Origin: a virus
Lineage: Duplodnaviria; Caudoviricetes
Strand: one strand, 5' to 3'
IMG/VR virus record: IMGVR_UViG_3300043399_000721
Coordinates: 1-53,592 of that record
DNA: 53,592 nt
Shown: positions 27,787 to 37,525 of the stretch, piece after piece
Position numbering within the stretch: position 1 is the first letter of the stretch
How the letters are laid out: each line of letters begins with the position of its first letter
Program-made: the position numbers and the translations under genes
The notes under the pieces: model-generated
Seen by the model: only the letters and a program-made list of their open reading frames with translations
Database searches by the model: none
Told to the model about the DNA's origin: nothing

Positions 27787-30335
27787 ATTATACACAAGCG
27801 TCTAATTTACCAAGTAGTGAAAAGATTTCTTTAGTAACATGTGATGCTAATCGCAGAGCGAAACTTTTTACATTATATTCAGGTAACACATATTTTGCAG
27901 AATATGATCAATTTTGCATTGGCGTGAAAAATAGTTCTACTGTCTTTGATGCTGGATCAAATAAAAATACACTTAATGTTAATGAGTTTTTTTACGATGC
28001 AAGCGCAAAAAGACTTTATATAAATTGTGGTGAAAATCCTGCTGAAAATGAAATTATCATCACTCATAGATTTTTCTTTTCAACTACTCCATTGATACTT
28101 CCATACGACCTTTTAAATGGAATTGATGTAGAATGGCAGCCGATTGTCTCTCAAATAGCATCTATCGGCCAGCAACTTGATGACGAAAACACCGGTATTG
28201 TTCTTGAGTCTCAGAGCAGTGTTACGTTTTTAAATAACCATGGATTCTTTGATTCAATATTTGATTCTCTTATATTCGAGAATCAACCAATTGTTTTTTA
28301 CTCTTGGTTTGGGGATCTTCCAAAGTCACAAATAAAGAAGATTTTTCAAGGAGTAATAGAATCAAAATCATTTAACTCCAATCAAGTCCGCTTTAACGTA
28401 AAAGATCAGGTTTATAAGCTAAGGTCATCTTTAAAGTCAGATACGTATTCAGGTGTTAATGTACCTGAAGATATGCGTGGTAAACCAAAAAGAAGAATCT
28501 ACGGTAAACTTAGGCAGCTTAAAACAGTTCCAACTGACATTATTGGATTGGGTTATCCTATTTCTGGAACAATTTCTGCAACAGTAGGGTCAAGTGTTTT
28601 AACTGGAACTGGTACTTCATTTTTAACTGATATTAAGCAGGAAGATGAATTGATTATTATAACAGATAATGGAGAAGTAAAATTCTCAATTGAATCTGTT
28701 TCATCAAACACGTCTGCAACAATTACAAGTGATTCAGAAGTTTCATTTATTTCTTATCCAGCTGTTCTTGTTCCGGGACATGGAAGCAGGTTAAAAAATA
28801 GAACGTGGAGCATTTGTGGACACAAAATAAGAAGATCAGAACAAAATATTCTTTCGGTTGTGAACGCTAGAACATTTGAGTTAGCTGATACTTCTGAATT
28901 TTATCCGGGAGACATTGTTTATATTACTAGTGTTTCTGGATCATTTACAGTTGCAAGAAAAAATTCAAATACCATCACATTGTCTCAGGATGTTTTTCCT
29001 ATTCCAGAAGTAGGAAATTTACTTTTTAGAGAAGCTGTTTCAAATGTGTATGCTGATACAAAAAAGCTTCTTATTAATAGAGACTATTTAGTTGTAACAT
29101 CTGACTATGAGTCATACATATTGCTTGATGAATATGCAGAGTTCAATGTAGCAAAAGAAACTAGATCGACAAATAACTTTGAGTTTAAAAACAACGATAG
29201 AGAAGTAAAGTCTTCAACTACTCCTGATTTAAGAACTATTGTAAACGTTGGTGATTTTATACGCCCAGAATCTCAGCCAACTCAATCACCAGAATACTTA
29301 AATTGGTATGAGGTTTCGTCTGTTTCTGAAAAGTCCATTTTATTAACTAGGCCGTATAATAATGGAACTGGAACAAACAGCAACCATATTTGCATTGTTC
29401 GTAGAATTGAAATAATTAATGACGATTCAAATGTGTTGGTTGATTGTTATGGAATGGATCGTGGAAACAAGTGGATTAAAACGGCATCTGACGCAGTTCT
29501 TGATTTGGTTGTAAACGATTCAGGATTTACAAACATAAATACAGATTCGTTTAACTTGGCGGATTCGGATTGTGACTATGTTTTATCAATGGCAATTCCT
29601 GATCTTGGTGAAGATATGCCAAAAGTAAGGGATGTTATTGAGAAAATAAATAATTCAGTATTTGGTTCACTATTCTTTGATATTGATCAAAACTTGTCAT
29701 ACTCAATCGTTAATACAAGAAAGCCAAATAATATAAAAGAAGTTAAGGATGACGATATTCTAAATTGGTCTGTTAATACAGAACAAAGAATAGTTAGCGA
29801 TATAGTCGCTAAGTATCGTCCTTATGTTGATGTTATAAGTGGTGATGATTCGTTTGAAACAATTTCATTTGGAAATCCATTCGTTGATGATCTTATTGGT
29901 ATTGATGAGGAGCAGAATACTACTCTTTATTTATACGACACCATCGACGCTGACACAGTAGTTAAGCGTCTTGCTCTTTATCGCTCTTTATCTGGATCAA
30001 TTATAAACATTTCTGGGAAAGCAAGCTTTTTTGATTCTTCTGTTAATGATATGGTGATGCTTGATCTTGACCGTATTTATCGCCGTTACGGTGGAGCATC
30101 ATACAAAAAAATTGGAATTATATCAGGTATAAAGAAATCTCAGTATGGGGCCGAGGTAAGCATTAATGACTTGGGCAATATCTTCAACAGATGCCCAGCT
30201 ATTGGACCATCTAATATGTCCGTGTTTACAGAATCTGAAGATAATGAAAAGATCAAGTACGGGTTTATTTTAGACTCAACTACTCTTATCCCGGGTGATG
30301 ACGAAAGCTATCTCGGGTCTGGGTTAATAGGTTAA
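27783..30335 (+). CDS. Tail tip/baseplate hub protein
   Basis: 850 aa; IFQGVI...FNVKD and KRRIYG hub-type motifs; inserted TGTGTSFL beta domains. Confidence 0.65.
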   Translation: MNYTQASNLPSSEKISLVTCDANRRAKLFTLYSGNTYFAEYDQFCIGVKNSSTVFDAGSNKNTLNVNEFFYDASAKRLYINCGENPAENEIIITHRFFFSTTPLILPYDLLNGIDVEWQPIVSQIASIGQQLDDENTGIVLESQSSVTFLNNHGFFDSIFDSLIFENQPIVFYSWFGDLPKSQIKKIFQGVIESKSFNSNQVRFNVKDQVYKLRSSLKSDTYSGVNVPEDMRGKPKRRIYGKLRQLKTVPTDIIGLGYPISGTISATVGSSVLTGTGTSFLTDIKQEDELIIITDNGEVKFSIESVSSNTSATITSDSEVSFISYPAVLVPGHGSRLKNRTWSICGHKIRRSEQNILSVVNARTFELADTSEFYPGDIVYITSVSGSFTVARKNSNTITLSQDVFPIPEVGNLLFREAVSNVYADTKKLLINRDYLVVTSDYESYILLDEYAEFNVAKETRSTNNFEFKNNDREVKSSTTPDLRTIVNVGDFIRPESQPTQSPEYLNWYEVSSVSEKSILLTRPYNNGTGTNSNHICIVRRIEIINDDSNVLVDCYGMDRGNKWIKTASDAVLDLVVNDSGFTNINTDSFNLADSDCDYVLSMAIPDLGEDMPKVRDVIEKINNSVFGSLFFDIDQNLSYSIVNTRKPNNIKEVKDDDILNWSVNTEQRIVSDIVAKYRPYVDVISGDDSFETISFGNPFVDDLIGIDEEQNTTLYLYDTIDADTVVKRLALYRSLSGSIINISGKASFFDSSVNDMVMLDLDRIYRRYGGASYKKIGIISGIKKSQYGAEVSINDLGNIFNRCPAIGPSNMSVFTESEDNEKIKYGFILDSTTLIPGDDESYLGSGLIG

Positions 30336-30339
30336 AACT

Positions 30340-30849
30340 ATGGCATTTTTAACAATTCCATCATCGGCAACAGACGTTGGTGCGCCGATTACAAAAGACC
30401 TTATGGATAAGCTCCGCACAAACGGAGAAGACCATGAAGTCAGAATTTCAGCAATGGAAGCAAATTCTTCAGTTGTTTATATTGTAAATGGCGACATGAG
30501 TTTTGCTGGATTTGATATAAGCAATCCGAATATATTTTATTACAAGGCAAAGACTTCAATTATTATTACTGATTTCCGAGTTCAACTGTTTTCAAAAGAT
30601 GGTATTTCTTCTGGGTTTTTATCGTTTGATCTTCAGAAATCTATAAATACAAATGATGTGAACTTTTCAACTATTCTTTCCAGTAATCTTTCTATTAACT
30701 TTGCTTCGGCGTCTGACTATAGTGAGTTTACGGCAACATTAGATGGATTAAAGACAACAATTGCAATCGGAAGTGTTCTCAGAATCAAGGTAACAGAATT
30801 ACCAACAGGTTTTCGTGGGCAAGTTCTTATTTCAGTAGGAGCGCAATAA
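30340..30849 (+). CDS. Tail tip protein
   Basis: 169 aa; VGAPITKDLMDKLRTN N-terminus resembles fibre-attachment segments. Confidence 0.55.
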   Translation: MAFLTIPSSATDVGAPITKDLMDKLRTNGEDHEVRISAMEANSSVVYIVNGDMSFAGFDISNPNIFYYKAKTSIIITDFRVQLFSKDGISSGFLSFDLQKSINTNDVNFSTILSSNLSINFASASDYSEFTATLDGLKTTIAIGSVLRIKVTELPTGFRGQVLISVGAQ

Positions 30850-31397
30850 TGTCATTTTTAAATCCATCGCTCAGCGGACAGTCTGTATTTAATCTTCCGA
30901 TTATATTTACTGCAACATACTCGTCACCATCTACAATTCTTTTAAATGGTGGCGGTGTTTTATCTGGTTTTTCTTCTACTCAGTTTGCTTCCTACAATGC
31001 GGTTAATGGTGTTGTTGATATTCTGCAAACAGGTAAGTATAGAGTAAGCATGGTTGCTTATGCCAAATGCAATATGGCGCACACTACTGGGTTTGGAAAT
31101 TTCTCATTTGTTGCAGGATCAACAATTCTTTACACTATACAAAAAAACTATACGGCAAACACATTTGCATCAAATACACTTCCACTTTGGTTTTGGTATA
31201 ATCGTTCTACGAGTACACTAGATAGAACTTCTCCTGTTGCTGCTGCAAACGCTGGTTACAATTTTGAAGGAACAATCATTCATTCATCTGAGCTTATTCT
31301 GAATAGGAATGATACAGTTTATCTTAACTGCACATTGACAGCTGGTACATTTACTGGCGCATTTGATGGTTATATTCAAGTAGAGCAACTTGCATGA
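30849..31397 (+). CDS. Putative receptor-binding protein (C1q/TNF-like jelly roll)
   Basis: GVVDILQTGKYRV...LILNRNDTVYL pattern. Confidence 0.5.
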   Translation: MSFLNPSLSGQSVFNLPIIFTATYSSPSTILLNGGGVLSGFSSTQFASYNAVNGVVDILQTGKYRVSMVAYAKCNMAHTTGFGNFSFVAGSTILYTIQKNYTANTFASNTLPLWFWYNRSTSTLDRTSPVAAANAGYNFEGTIIHSSELILNRNDTVYLNCTLTAGTFTGAFDGYIQVEQLA

Positions 31398-31780
31398 TCA
31401 CACTATCTGAATACCTCATGGGAAGAGATAAAGATTTCCCTCTCGATATGCTTCAAGCAAGAAATGCCGCTGAACTTTTATCTAGGGTAAATTGGCTTTT
31501 TGGTACTCTTGAAATTCATGCAAAGGTAAGCTCTGGTTATCGACCATCGTACATTAACAAAAAGATTGGTGGTGCTAAGATGAGCACTCACACTGTTTGC
31601 GCTGGCATTGATTTACACGATCACGATGGTATGCTTGCAGCAAGACTTCTCGATCATCTCGACCTTTTGGAAGCCGCTGGCCTCTGGATGGAAAATCCAG
31701 ACTACACGAAGAACAGCAACGGATCGGGATGGGTTCACTTAGACACAAAGCAAAGAAAAAACCGGGTGTTTATCCCTTAG
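31394..31780 (+). CDS. Endolysin, peptidase M15A family
   Basis: SSGYRP, GGAKMSTH...GID and WVHLD Zn-ligand motifs. Confidence 0.85.
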   Translation: MITLSEYLMGRDKDFPLDMLQARNAAELLSRVNWLFGTLEIHAKVSSGYRPSYINKKIGGAKMSTHTVCAGIDLHDHDGMLAARLLDHLDLLEAAGLWMENPDYTKNSNGSGWVHLDTKQRKNRVFIP

Positions 31781-31788
31781 GAGTTATC

Positions 31789-32022
31789 ATGGAAGAATTT
31801 ATCTTAAAAGTTTCTGAGTTTCTCACTTCTGCAATGGGAGCTTCTGCTACTGTTGCCGTCATTCTTGAGTTTGCTTTCCGCTTGCTCCCGTCTAAAAAGC
31901 CGCTGTCTATCCTTCACGTTGTTGGAAAGTTCGCTCGCGCTTGCGGAGAGATTCTTGTGAAGTGCGCTGACTTCCTCGACAAGGTTCTCCCTCAGGTCAT
32001 CAAGGAAGAAGAACAGAAGTGA
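31789..32022 (+). CDS. Putative holin/lysis protein
   Basis: AGGAG RBS; hydrophobic segment; directly follows the endolysin. Confidence 0.5.
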   Translation: MEEFILKVSEFLTSAMGASATVAVILEFAFRLLPSKKPLSILHVVGKFARACGEILVKCADFLDKVLPQVIKEEEQK

Positions 32023-32276
32023 AGATCATTTCCGCTGTCATCGCATTGGCCAAGGCAATCCCGATCATTGAAAAATGGTTGAGCTTGCTTATGGCCCAAT
32101 ACTATCAGTGGAAAAAAGAAGAAATTAAAAAACAAACTGCACAAAATGTTGACCTTGGAATCAAGGAACAAGACCAAAGGAAGATTGAAGATGAAACTCA
32201 TTCGGGAGTTTACTCAGGCCGCGGTGATATTCGTTCTTCTCTTCCTGATGTCTTGCGTGACAAGGAGAAGCATTAA
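32019..32276 (+). CDS. Putative i-spanin-like protein
   Basis: N-terminal hydrophobic region, charged C-terminus, overlapped by a lipoprotein gene. Confidence 0.4.
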   Translation: MKIISAVIALAKAIPIIEKWLSLLMAQYYQWKKEEIKKQTAQNVDLGIKEQDQRKIEDETHSGVYSGRGDIRSSLPDVLRDKEKH

Positions 32277-32469
32277 GGCCTATCTCTGGATAAACAATCT
32301 TCCTGCTCCTCCGGAAGTTTGCGAAAGAGAACCATTGCTCAAAGACTACGGATTATACAGAAGACTTAACAACGGGAACTTTGAGTTTCTTTCTGTGTGT
32401 GATCCTCGCATCAAAGAGTTCTATTCCATGCACAAGGACGATCTTGCAAGAATCCTGAGCGAGAAATGA
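32191..32469 (+). CDS. Lipoprotein, putative o-spanin
   Basis: VIFVLLFLMSC lipobox; overlaps the upstream gene as in Rz/Rz1 pairs. Confidence 0.5.
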   Translation: MKLIREFTQAAVIFVLLFLMSCVTRRSIKAYLWINNLPAPPEVCEREPLLKDYGLYRRLNNGNFEFLSVCDPRIKEFYSMHKDDLARILSEK

Positions 32470-32609
32470 AGAAGACCACTCCAAAAAACGTACAAGTTGA
32501 ATATTGGGTTGAGAAATATTTCCAAGCAAAGACAGACGGCGATCAGAAGAAAATGAAAATGTACGCTGATCTTATAAGAAAGCTCGGCGGTAAGGTTCCA
32601 AAGATTTAA
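32466..32609 (+). CDS. 47-aa basic hypothetical protein
   Basis: ATGA-coupled ORF MKKTTPKNVQVEYW...GGKVPKI; not in the ORF track. Confidence 0.45.
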   Translation: MKKTTPKNVQVEYWVEKYFQAKTDGDQKKMKMYADLIRKLGGKVPKI

Positions 32610-32976
32610 AAAGATCAAGCTGTTCCTCAACGATTGTCACCGAGTCAGCGATAAACGCAATCCCGTTATTCTTTCTTACCTTCGAGATAAAAAATCTCTG
32701 ATCTTCAGAAGCGAGCTTTGAAAGTTCCTCCTGTGTCCGGTGTTTAATGGTGTTGGTGCGCTTTGAGATATAAGGTTTTTTCACTTCAATGGCGATAAAC
32801 ACACCGTTGTAAATTCCGATTATGTCACTCACACCCTTGATGTGATGCGGATTGAAACTCTTGCGGTATATCCCTTTCGTCGGATCAAATATGCCTGTAC
32901 TCTGAACCTTGAAAACAAAAAAACCTTTCTTGTTCAGGAACGAGAGAATCTGATTCTCAATTTGCTTCTCAGTCAT
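32572..32976 (-). CDS. VRR-NUC / PD-(D/E)XK Holliday-junction resolvase-like nuclease
   Basis: MTEKQIENQI, GVSDIIG, FIAIEVK, SEDQRFF...GIAFIA. Confidence 0.85.
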   Translation of the reverse strand: MTEKQIENQILSFLNKKGFFVFKVQSTGIFDPTKGIYRKSFNPHHIKGVSDIIGIYNGVFIAIEVKKPYISKRTNTIKHRTQEELSKLASEDQRFFISKVRKNNGIAFIADSVTIVEEQLDLFKSLEPYRRAFL

Positions 32977-32977
32977 T

Positions 32978-33006
32978 TTGACACACCCTAAATTAATTCG
33001 GACAAT
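32978..33006 (+). promoter_or_regulatory. Sigma70-type promoter, antisense to the surrounding operon
   Basis: TTGACA-17 nt-GACAAT; near-identical to 36473-36501. Confidence 0.55.
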
Positions 33007-33077
33007 GAAGGTGAGGTTCCCATCTCAATTCTGTCGGGGCAAGGTGGAGTCATGGATGACTAAGTCTTGCCCTTTCT

Positions 33078-33512
33078 TTATCCGTAAATATCGCGAACGT
33101 ATCTCATGAACAGGTTGGCCGCTTTGTAGGGTACAGTGTTCAGGTTGTAAATGTTAGGACGATTACCCTTATGAGTAAAGCCAACAATGTGACAACTCTC
33201 ATGATACAAGTTCTGCACACGATCCATCAAAGATAAATCAAGTTTACGAGTGTTCACAAAAATCTTGTTTAACTCAGCGTAACCGATCGCCGCAGAGAAC
33301 GGGTTGAATGATTTGTATGGAACAATTGTCACGGTCATGGTTCGCATTGTCTCCGGGAGAATCTTGGAAATCTCTTTCGGAGAAAGAAGTGTGTGATTGA
33401 ACTTCTCTTGCTTGGCAACGCTTAAAAGAAACTCGCTGTCAGCGTAGTGTTTCATCACAATCGAAGCGGCCCTGCGAATTGTTTCGTCGTTAAGCTCAAC
33501 GTAAATTTTCAT
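33078..33512 (-). CDS. HExxH zinc metalloprotease-like protein
   Basis: LYHESCHIVGFTH; likely start MKIYVEL at 33512. Confidence 0.7.
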   Translation of the reverse strand: MKIYVELNDETIRRAASIVMKHYADSEFLLSVAKQEKFNHTLLSPKEISKILPETMRTMTVTIVPYKSFNPFSAAIGYAELNKIFVNTRKLDLSLMDRVQNLYHESCHIVGFTHKGNRPNIYNLNTVPYKAANLFMRYVRDIYG

Positions 33513-33895
33513 TAAACCATCCGATAAATTCAAAATTGTCCAACTGTACTGGTTCAATAAGTTTTTTGGTTTTATAATCAGGGTTGTGCCAAAGCAGGGT
33601 TCCGTATCCATGAGGGGTAACAAGAAATATTATCCCGGTTTCTTCGTGCATAAATATCATTTCATACTCCTAGTGGTGAATGGTAAGCAATCACGATGCT
33701 ACATATAAGAACAACGATGAAATAAACAAACATGATTATATTTTCTGCGCTCATCTTCTCAATACCTCCAAACAATTTTGAAGCTTCTGGTTGTTCATTT
33801 CCAAAGTGAAGCGAACCTGATCGCGGGTTTCCCGAGTGCCATTCATGAGTCCGATGTTGAACCCAGTAAAGAACATTGCTCCCGCAAGAAAGATT

Positions 33896-34162
33896 TTAAA
33901 GAACACCGCTCTCTCCTTTGAGGGACAGGACAAGTTGGCGATTGAATTCCCAAGCATCCATTAGTTCGCGCTTCTCTTTCTGCATCCGTCTAGCAATGTA
34001 CTGGTATTTGTTGTCAAGGATGCGAGAAGTAAGTGTTGAAACTTTTTCCTCGATTTCTTTCATGCGCGTTTCCGCAATGGAAATCAATTCTGGAGTAAGG
34101 TCTTTCTGTTTTTTTGGGGTTGGTTTGTCGGAAAGATAATTCTTGAATTGGTTGGCTTTCAT
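33896..34162 (-). CDS. Hypothetical coiled-coil protein
   Basis: 88 aa, AAGGA RBS. Confidence 0.55.
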   Translation of the reverse strand: MKANQFKNYLSDKPTPKKQKDLTPELISIAETRMKEIEEKVSTLTSRILDNKYQYIARRMQKEKRELMDAWEFNRQLVLSLKGESGVL

Positions 34163-34232
34163 TGAGTGGTGTCCTTTCAGATGAAGCTACGTCATCGGAA
34201 AGAACACCGAACACAGAGAATTTAGGAAAAAT

Positions 34233-34607
34233 TTAGAATATCCATTTTATCGGAGTCTTTGCATCCATTACCTCAAGGAGGTTGGAGTTGCTTGGCGATG
34301 CGTAGCGCACTCCGCCAAGCTCCCCGGCGAACTTGTATGTTGCTCCGTCAAGCGTGCAGAAGAGAGTCCCGATGTCTTTGAGGTCACCAAACTCCTGCAT
34401 GGTCACGCCCTCAATCCGGGCGGCGAAGACCTCAATCAGGCGCGGAAGAATCTCGGCGGGTGCGCGAAGATTGTGAATAAACTCTTCAAAAACTTTCTCC
34501 TCACTCTTGTAAGATAAAAGAGTGTCCTTTGCGCTGGTTGGATTTTTTTGAATTTGCTCTGCTAACTGGTAAAGCTCTCTTGTTTTCATTCGTGACTCCG
34601 TGGTCAA
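34233..34607 (-). CDS. Hypothetical protein (start probably MKTREL)
   Basis: ORF in the leftward early operon, GGAG RBS. Confidence 0.55.
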   Translation of the reverse strand: MTTESRMKTRELYQLAEQIQKNPTSAKDTLLSYKSEEKVFEEFIHNLRAPAEILPRLIEVFAARIEGVTMQEFGDLKDIGTLFCTLDGATYKFAGELGGVRYASPSNSNLLEVMDAKTPIKWIF

Positions 34608-35175
34608 GGTTGTATAAATCTTCCCGGGTTGTCCGAGAAAGAAAGCGTTTCATAATCGCAATGCAAGCGAGCGCGTCCGATCGTGCGTTGTGATGTTGAA
34701 GCTCGATACCCAAACTATCACACACCGCTGAGAGTGAAAGAGACTGTGAATTTATTTCGTGTTGGAAAAGTTTGCAGAGGGAGTGGGTTGAAAATGGTTT
34801 CACCCGGGCAATCGAATAGTACGCACTGGTTCCAAGGTTCAAGAGATTGATGCGCAGCACTGCCCAATCGTAATAGACAAGCTTGCCGAACATGACGGCG
34901 TTGCTGTGGCACCAAAACTCTGTGATTCTGTGCTCCTTAAACCACGCGATAATCTTCTCCGCCTCCTTCTCGAAACGAGGATACCGGGCGCACTCTTCCC
35001 TTGAGATTCCATGCACAGCATATGCTTCCTCTGAATAGCGGTATGGGTTGCACCTGATTTTAAGCTCACTCACTATTTCAAGATCGTCGTTCAATGCAAA
35101 GAATTGTGCATCCAAAATCTCTGCATCGAACACGTTCTTTGATGTTGTCTCAAAATCTGCAACACAAATCATCAC
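34501..35175 (-). CDS. DEDDh 3'-5' exonuclease (DnaQ-like)
   Basis: VADFETT, AYAVHGI, HHNARSDA. Confidence 0.85.
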   Translation of the reverse strand: MMICVADFETTSKNVFDAEILDAQFFALNDDLEIVSELKIRCNPYRYSEEAYAVHGISREECARYPRFEKEAEKIIAWFKEHRITEFWCHSNAVMFGKLVYYDWAVLRINLLNLGTSAYYSIARVKPFSTHSLCKLFQHEINSQSLSLSAVCDSLGIELQHHNARSDALACIAIMKRFLSRTTREDLYNLDHGVTNENKRALPVSRANSKKSNQRKGHSFILQE

Positions 35176-35699
35176 TGTCTCTTTGGTTGATTCTGCTCGA
35201 TCAGTTTAGAAGCTTCCGCCTTGCTGATATTCGCGGCGAATTTAATCCCCAGACGGGTGAGCAATCCTTTCTGTGCGTCAGATGCTAAAACCTGCACCTG
35301 AGCCGTTTCTGTGCGATTGGCTAACGGTTGAGAGGCATGGTTAGCATCGTCGTCTTCTTCTTTGGTGCTAATCCCAAGGAGAGCTTGCAACTGATAACGC
35401 TTGTAATACGATAAAAGAGAACCAAAACGCTGGGGGTCAGCAAGCTGCGGAAGGATCATTTCTGAGATCATTTCCTCACCTGATTCGTGGACTAGGCGCG
35501 TTATCAGAATGGTCTTGTCTCCCTCGACACGCATCGGTTGAAGAATCGCCAAGCCGTTCGCCGCGAGAATCGGACGAACCGCATCGAGTATCCCGGAGAG
35601 TGACAGGTAATCGCTCTTAAAAAAGGGGTTCTCTGAGTCCTTCGCTACGGGTTTAAGCTGTGCGTGAAACTTAACGAGTGCGCTGTTTAGTGCTTTCAT
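35172..35699 (-). CDS. erf: ERF-family single-strand annealing protein
   Basis: KDSENPFFKSDY, LVHESGE, GSLLSYYKRYQLQALLGI...DDDAN. Confidence 0.9.
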   Translation of the reverse strand: MKALNSALVKFHAQLKPVAKDSENPFFKSDYLSLSGILDAVRPILAANGLAILQPMRVEGDKTILITRLVHESGEEMISEMILPQLADPQRFGSLLSYYKRYQLQALLGISTKEEDDDANHASQPLANRTETAQVQVLASDAQKGLLTRLGIKFAANISKAEASKLIEQNQPKRQ

Positions 35700-36253
35700 A
35701 CTTCTCCATTTGGTTTAAAACCTTATCAAGTACCTTAACTTTGTTCTTATCCTCGCACCGACACTTTGTTGCGGCGACAACCTGATCGTCCTCATACAAC
35801 AAGGAATATTCTGCTTTGCAATAGTCGCATATCAGTATCTCTTCCATGTTTACCTCCGTTAGTGTCGATCTATTTACTACGCTATAACGTCAAGCGAAAG
35901 TATAATTTTTAGATAGTCAGTCGCAGATCAATATAAGATTTCGCTACATTAATTTAAACTTTAGCTTCCGTGTAATCTTTACTATACCTAAAGCACGGCC
36001 CTGCGGGATTGCCTATTCGCCGCTCACGTTGCCAACTGGAAAGGTCGTACATGGTTGCGTGCTCTACTCAGAATAGGCCTTGTAAACTTCGGCTCCGGAA
36101 AGCATACTAAGCTTTAAGGTTATAGAAGCGAACGAGGACAGGATAGATAAACCCTAAGTTAATTTCTTAAAGGTTGTTTCTATCTTACTTCTCTTCTTGT
36201 TCCTTCTTCCTAAAAGCATTTCATCCTTTCTAGTTAGTAAGTAATAGGAGCAG

Positions 36254-36466
36254 GTGATGAAGAAAATTGTTCAGTATCTTCATGTGAATAAGAGAATGGG
36301 TAAGTGGACAGTTCACAACTCCCGGGGATGCTTTCACTTCGATCATGTTGAGCTTAAAGTTCCATGTGAGACAGTTTACCAACCCCACAAGAAAACCAAC
36401 CCCAAGTTCTTTCTCAGGTGTAAGGGAACACTTGTCTTAAAGGGTGACATTGCCGAGATCATTTAG
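36254..36466 (+). CDS. Hypothetical protein
   Basis: 70 aa, AGGAG RBS. Confidence 0.6.
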   Translation: MMKKIVQYLHVNKRMGKWTVHNSRGCFHFDHVELKVPCETVYQPHKKTNPKFFLRCKGTLVLKGDIAEII

Positions 36467-36472
36467 GGCGAT

Positions 36473-36501
36473 TTGACACACACTAAATTTATTGAAACGA
36501 T
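36473..36501 (+). promoter_or_regulatory. Sigma70-type promoter for a probable leaderless transcript
   Basis: TTGACA-17 nt-AACGAT; ATG at 36508 has no RBS. Confidence 0.55.
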
Positions 36502-36507
36502 TTGGTC

Positions 36508-37476
36508 ATGGATAAAGTCACTTTCCACGATTTGGTTCAATCGTTAAAGAATCTCGCCAAGGAACTGGGAAGGACTCCTACTCTGCTCGAGTTTGCTAAC
36601 ATCCATTCCCGGCGACAAATCGACAAGTTTAAGTACAGTAAGATTGTTTCCGCTGCAGGTCTTGAACCAAACAAATACTCTCAGTCAACTGATCCGGTAG
36701 AAGTTGTTATTCGTCCTCCTAAGATTCTCGTGTTTGACTTGGAAGTCTCGACGAAGATTGTCCACACTTATCAGATGTACGATGTGAATCATTCTCCTGA
36801 TCACGTCATTCAAGACTTTTACATTCTTTCGTTTGCAGCGAAGTGGATCGGATCAGATGAAGTCATCTACATGGACATTCGGAACGCTCGCCCGAAGAAT
36901 AATGACCTTTCGCTCTTGAAGAAACTGCACGCCCTGATAGATGAAGCTGATTTCGTCGTCGGTCACAACATGGGACGATTTGATCTTCCCACGATTAAGT
37001 CGCGATTCATTATGAATGATCTTCCTCCAGTGAGGGATGTTCCGGTGATTGATACTCTGAGGATCGCCCGGAAGCACTTCAAGTTTACCTCGAACAAACT
37101 TTCTGAACTGGCGAAGTATCTCAAGTGTAAAAACGAGAAAGATTCACACTCAGAGTTTCCCGGAATAAGTCTTTTTACCGAGGCGATGAAAGGAAACAAG
37201 CGTGCTTTTGAGTCAATGGAGCACTACTGCAAAATGGATGTTGTAGTGACGGAGCAAATATTTCATAAGCTCGCTCCGTGGGAGAAGACCATCAACTTCC
37301 AATCGTTTTATCAGGAAGCTGTTTGTTCATGCGGCAATAAACAATTCTACAAGAACGGGCTGAAGTATCAGCGATCAGGAATTTTCCAAATATGGAGATG
37401 CTCGGTTTGTCAGAAGACGTTCATTGATAAACACAATCACCTAAACAAAGACATCAAGAAAGGGTTACTGAGTTAG
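36508..37476 (+). CDS. RNase H-like DEDD exonuclease with N-terminal helical repeat and C-terminal Zn ribbon
   Basis: LVFDLE, VGHNMGRFDLP, YCKMDV; LAKELGRTPT N-terminus; CSCG...CSVC. Confidence 0.85.
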   Translation: MDKVTFHDLVQSLKNLAKELGRTPTLLEFANIHSRRQIDKFKYSKIVSAAGLEPNKYSQSTDPVEVVIRPPKILVFDLEVSTKIVHTYQMYDVNHSPDHVIQDFYILSFAAKWIGSDEVIYMDIRNARPKNNDLSLLKKLHALIDEADFVVGHNMGRFDLPTIKSRFIMNDLPPVRDVPVIDTLRIARKHFKFTSNKLSELAKYLKCKNEKDSHSEFPGISLFTEAMKGNKRAFESMEHYCKMDVVVTEQIFHKLAPWEKTINFQSFYQEAVCSCGNKQFYKNGLKYQRSGIFQIWRCSVCQKTFIDKHNHLNKDIKKGLLS

Positions 37477-37525
37477 TAGGTCTTAAACTTCTCGCGTTCC
37501 TGAGCGTGCTTGTTACACTTTAGGT

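Noticed and set aside
35992-36078. HDV-like ribozyme
   Set aside because: About 40 nt separate the second stem from the first stem's partner, too long for P3/L3, and no P1.1/J4-2 pattern was seen.
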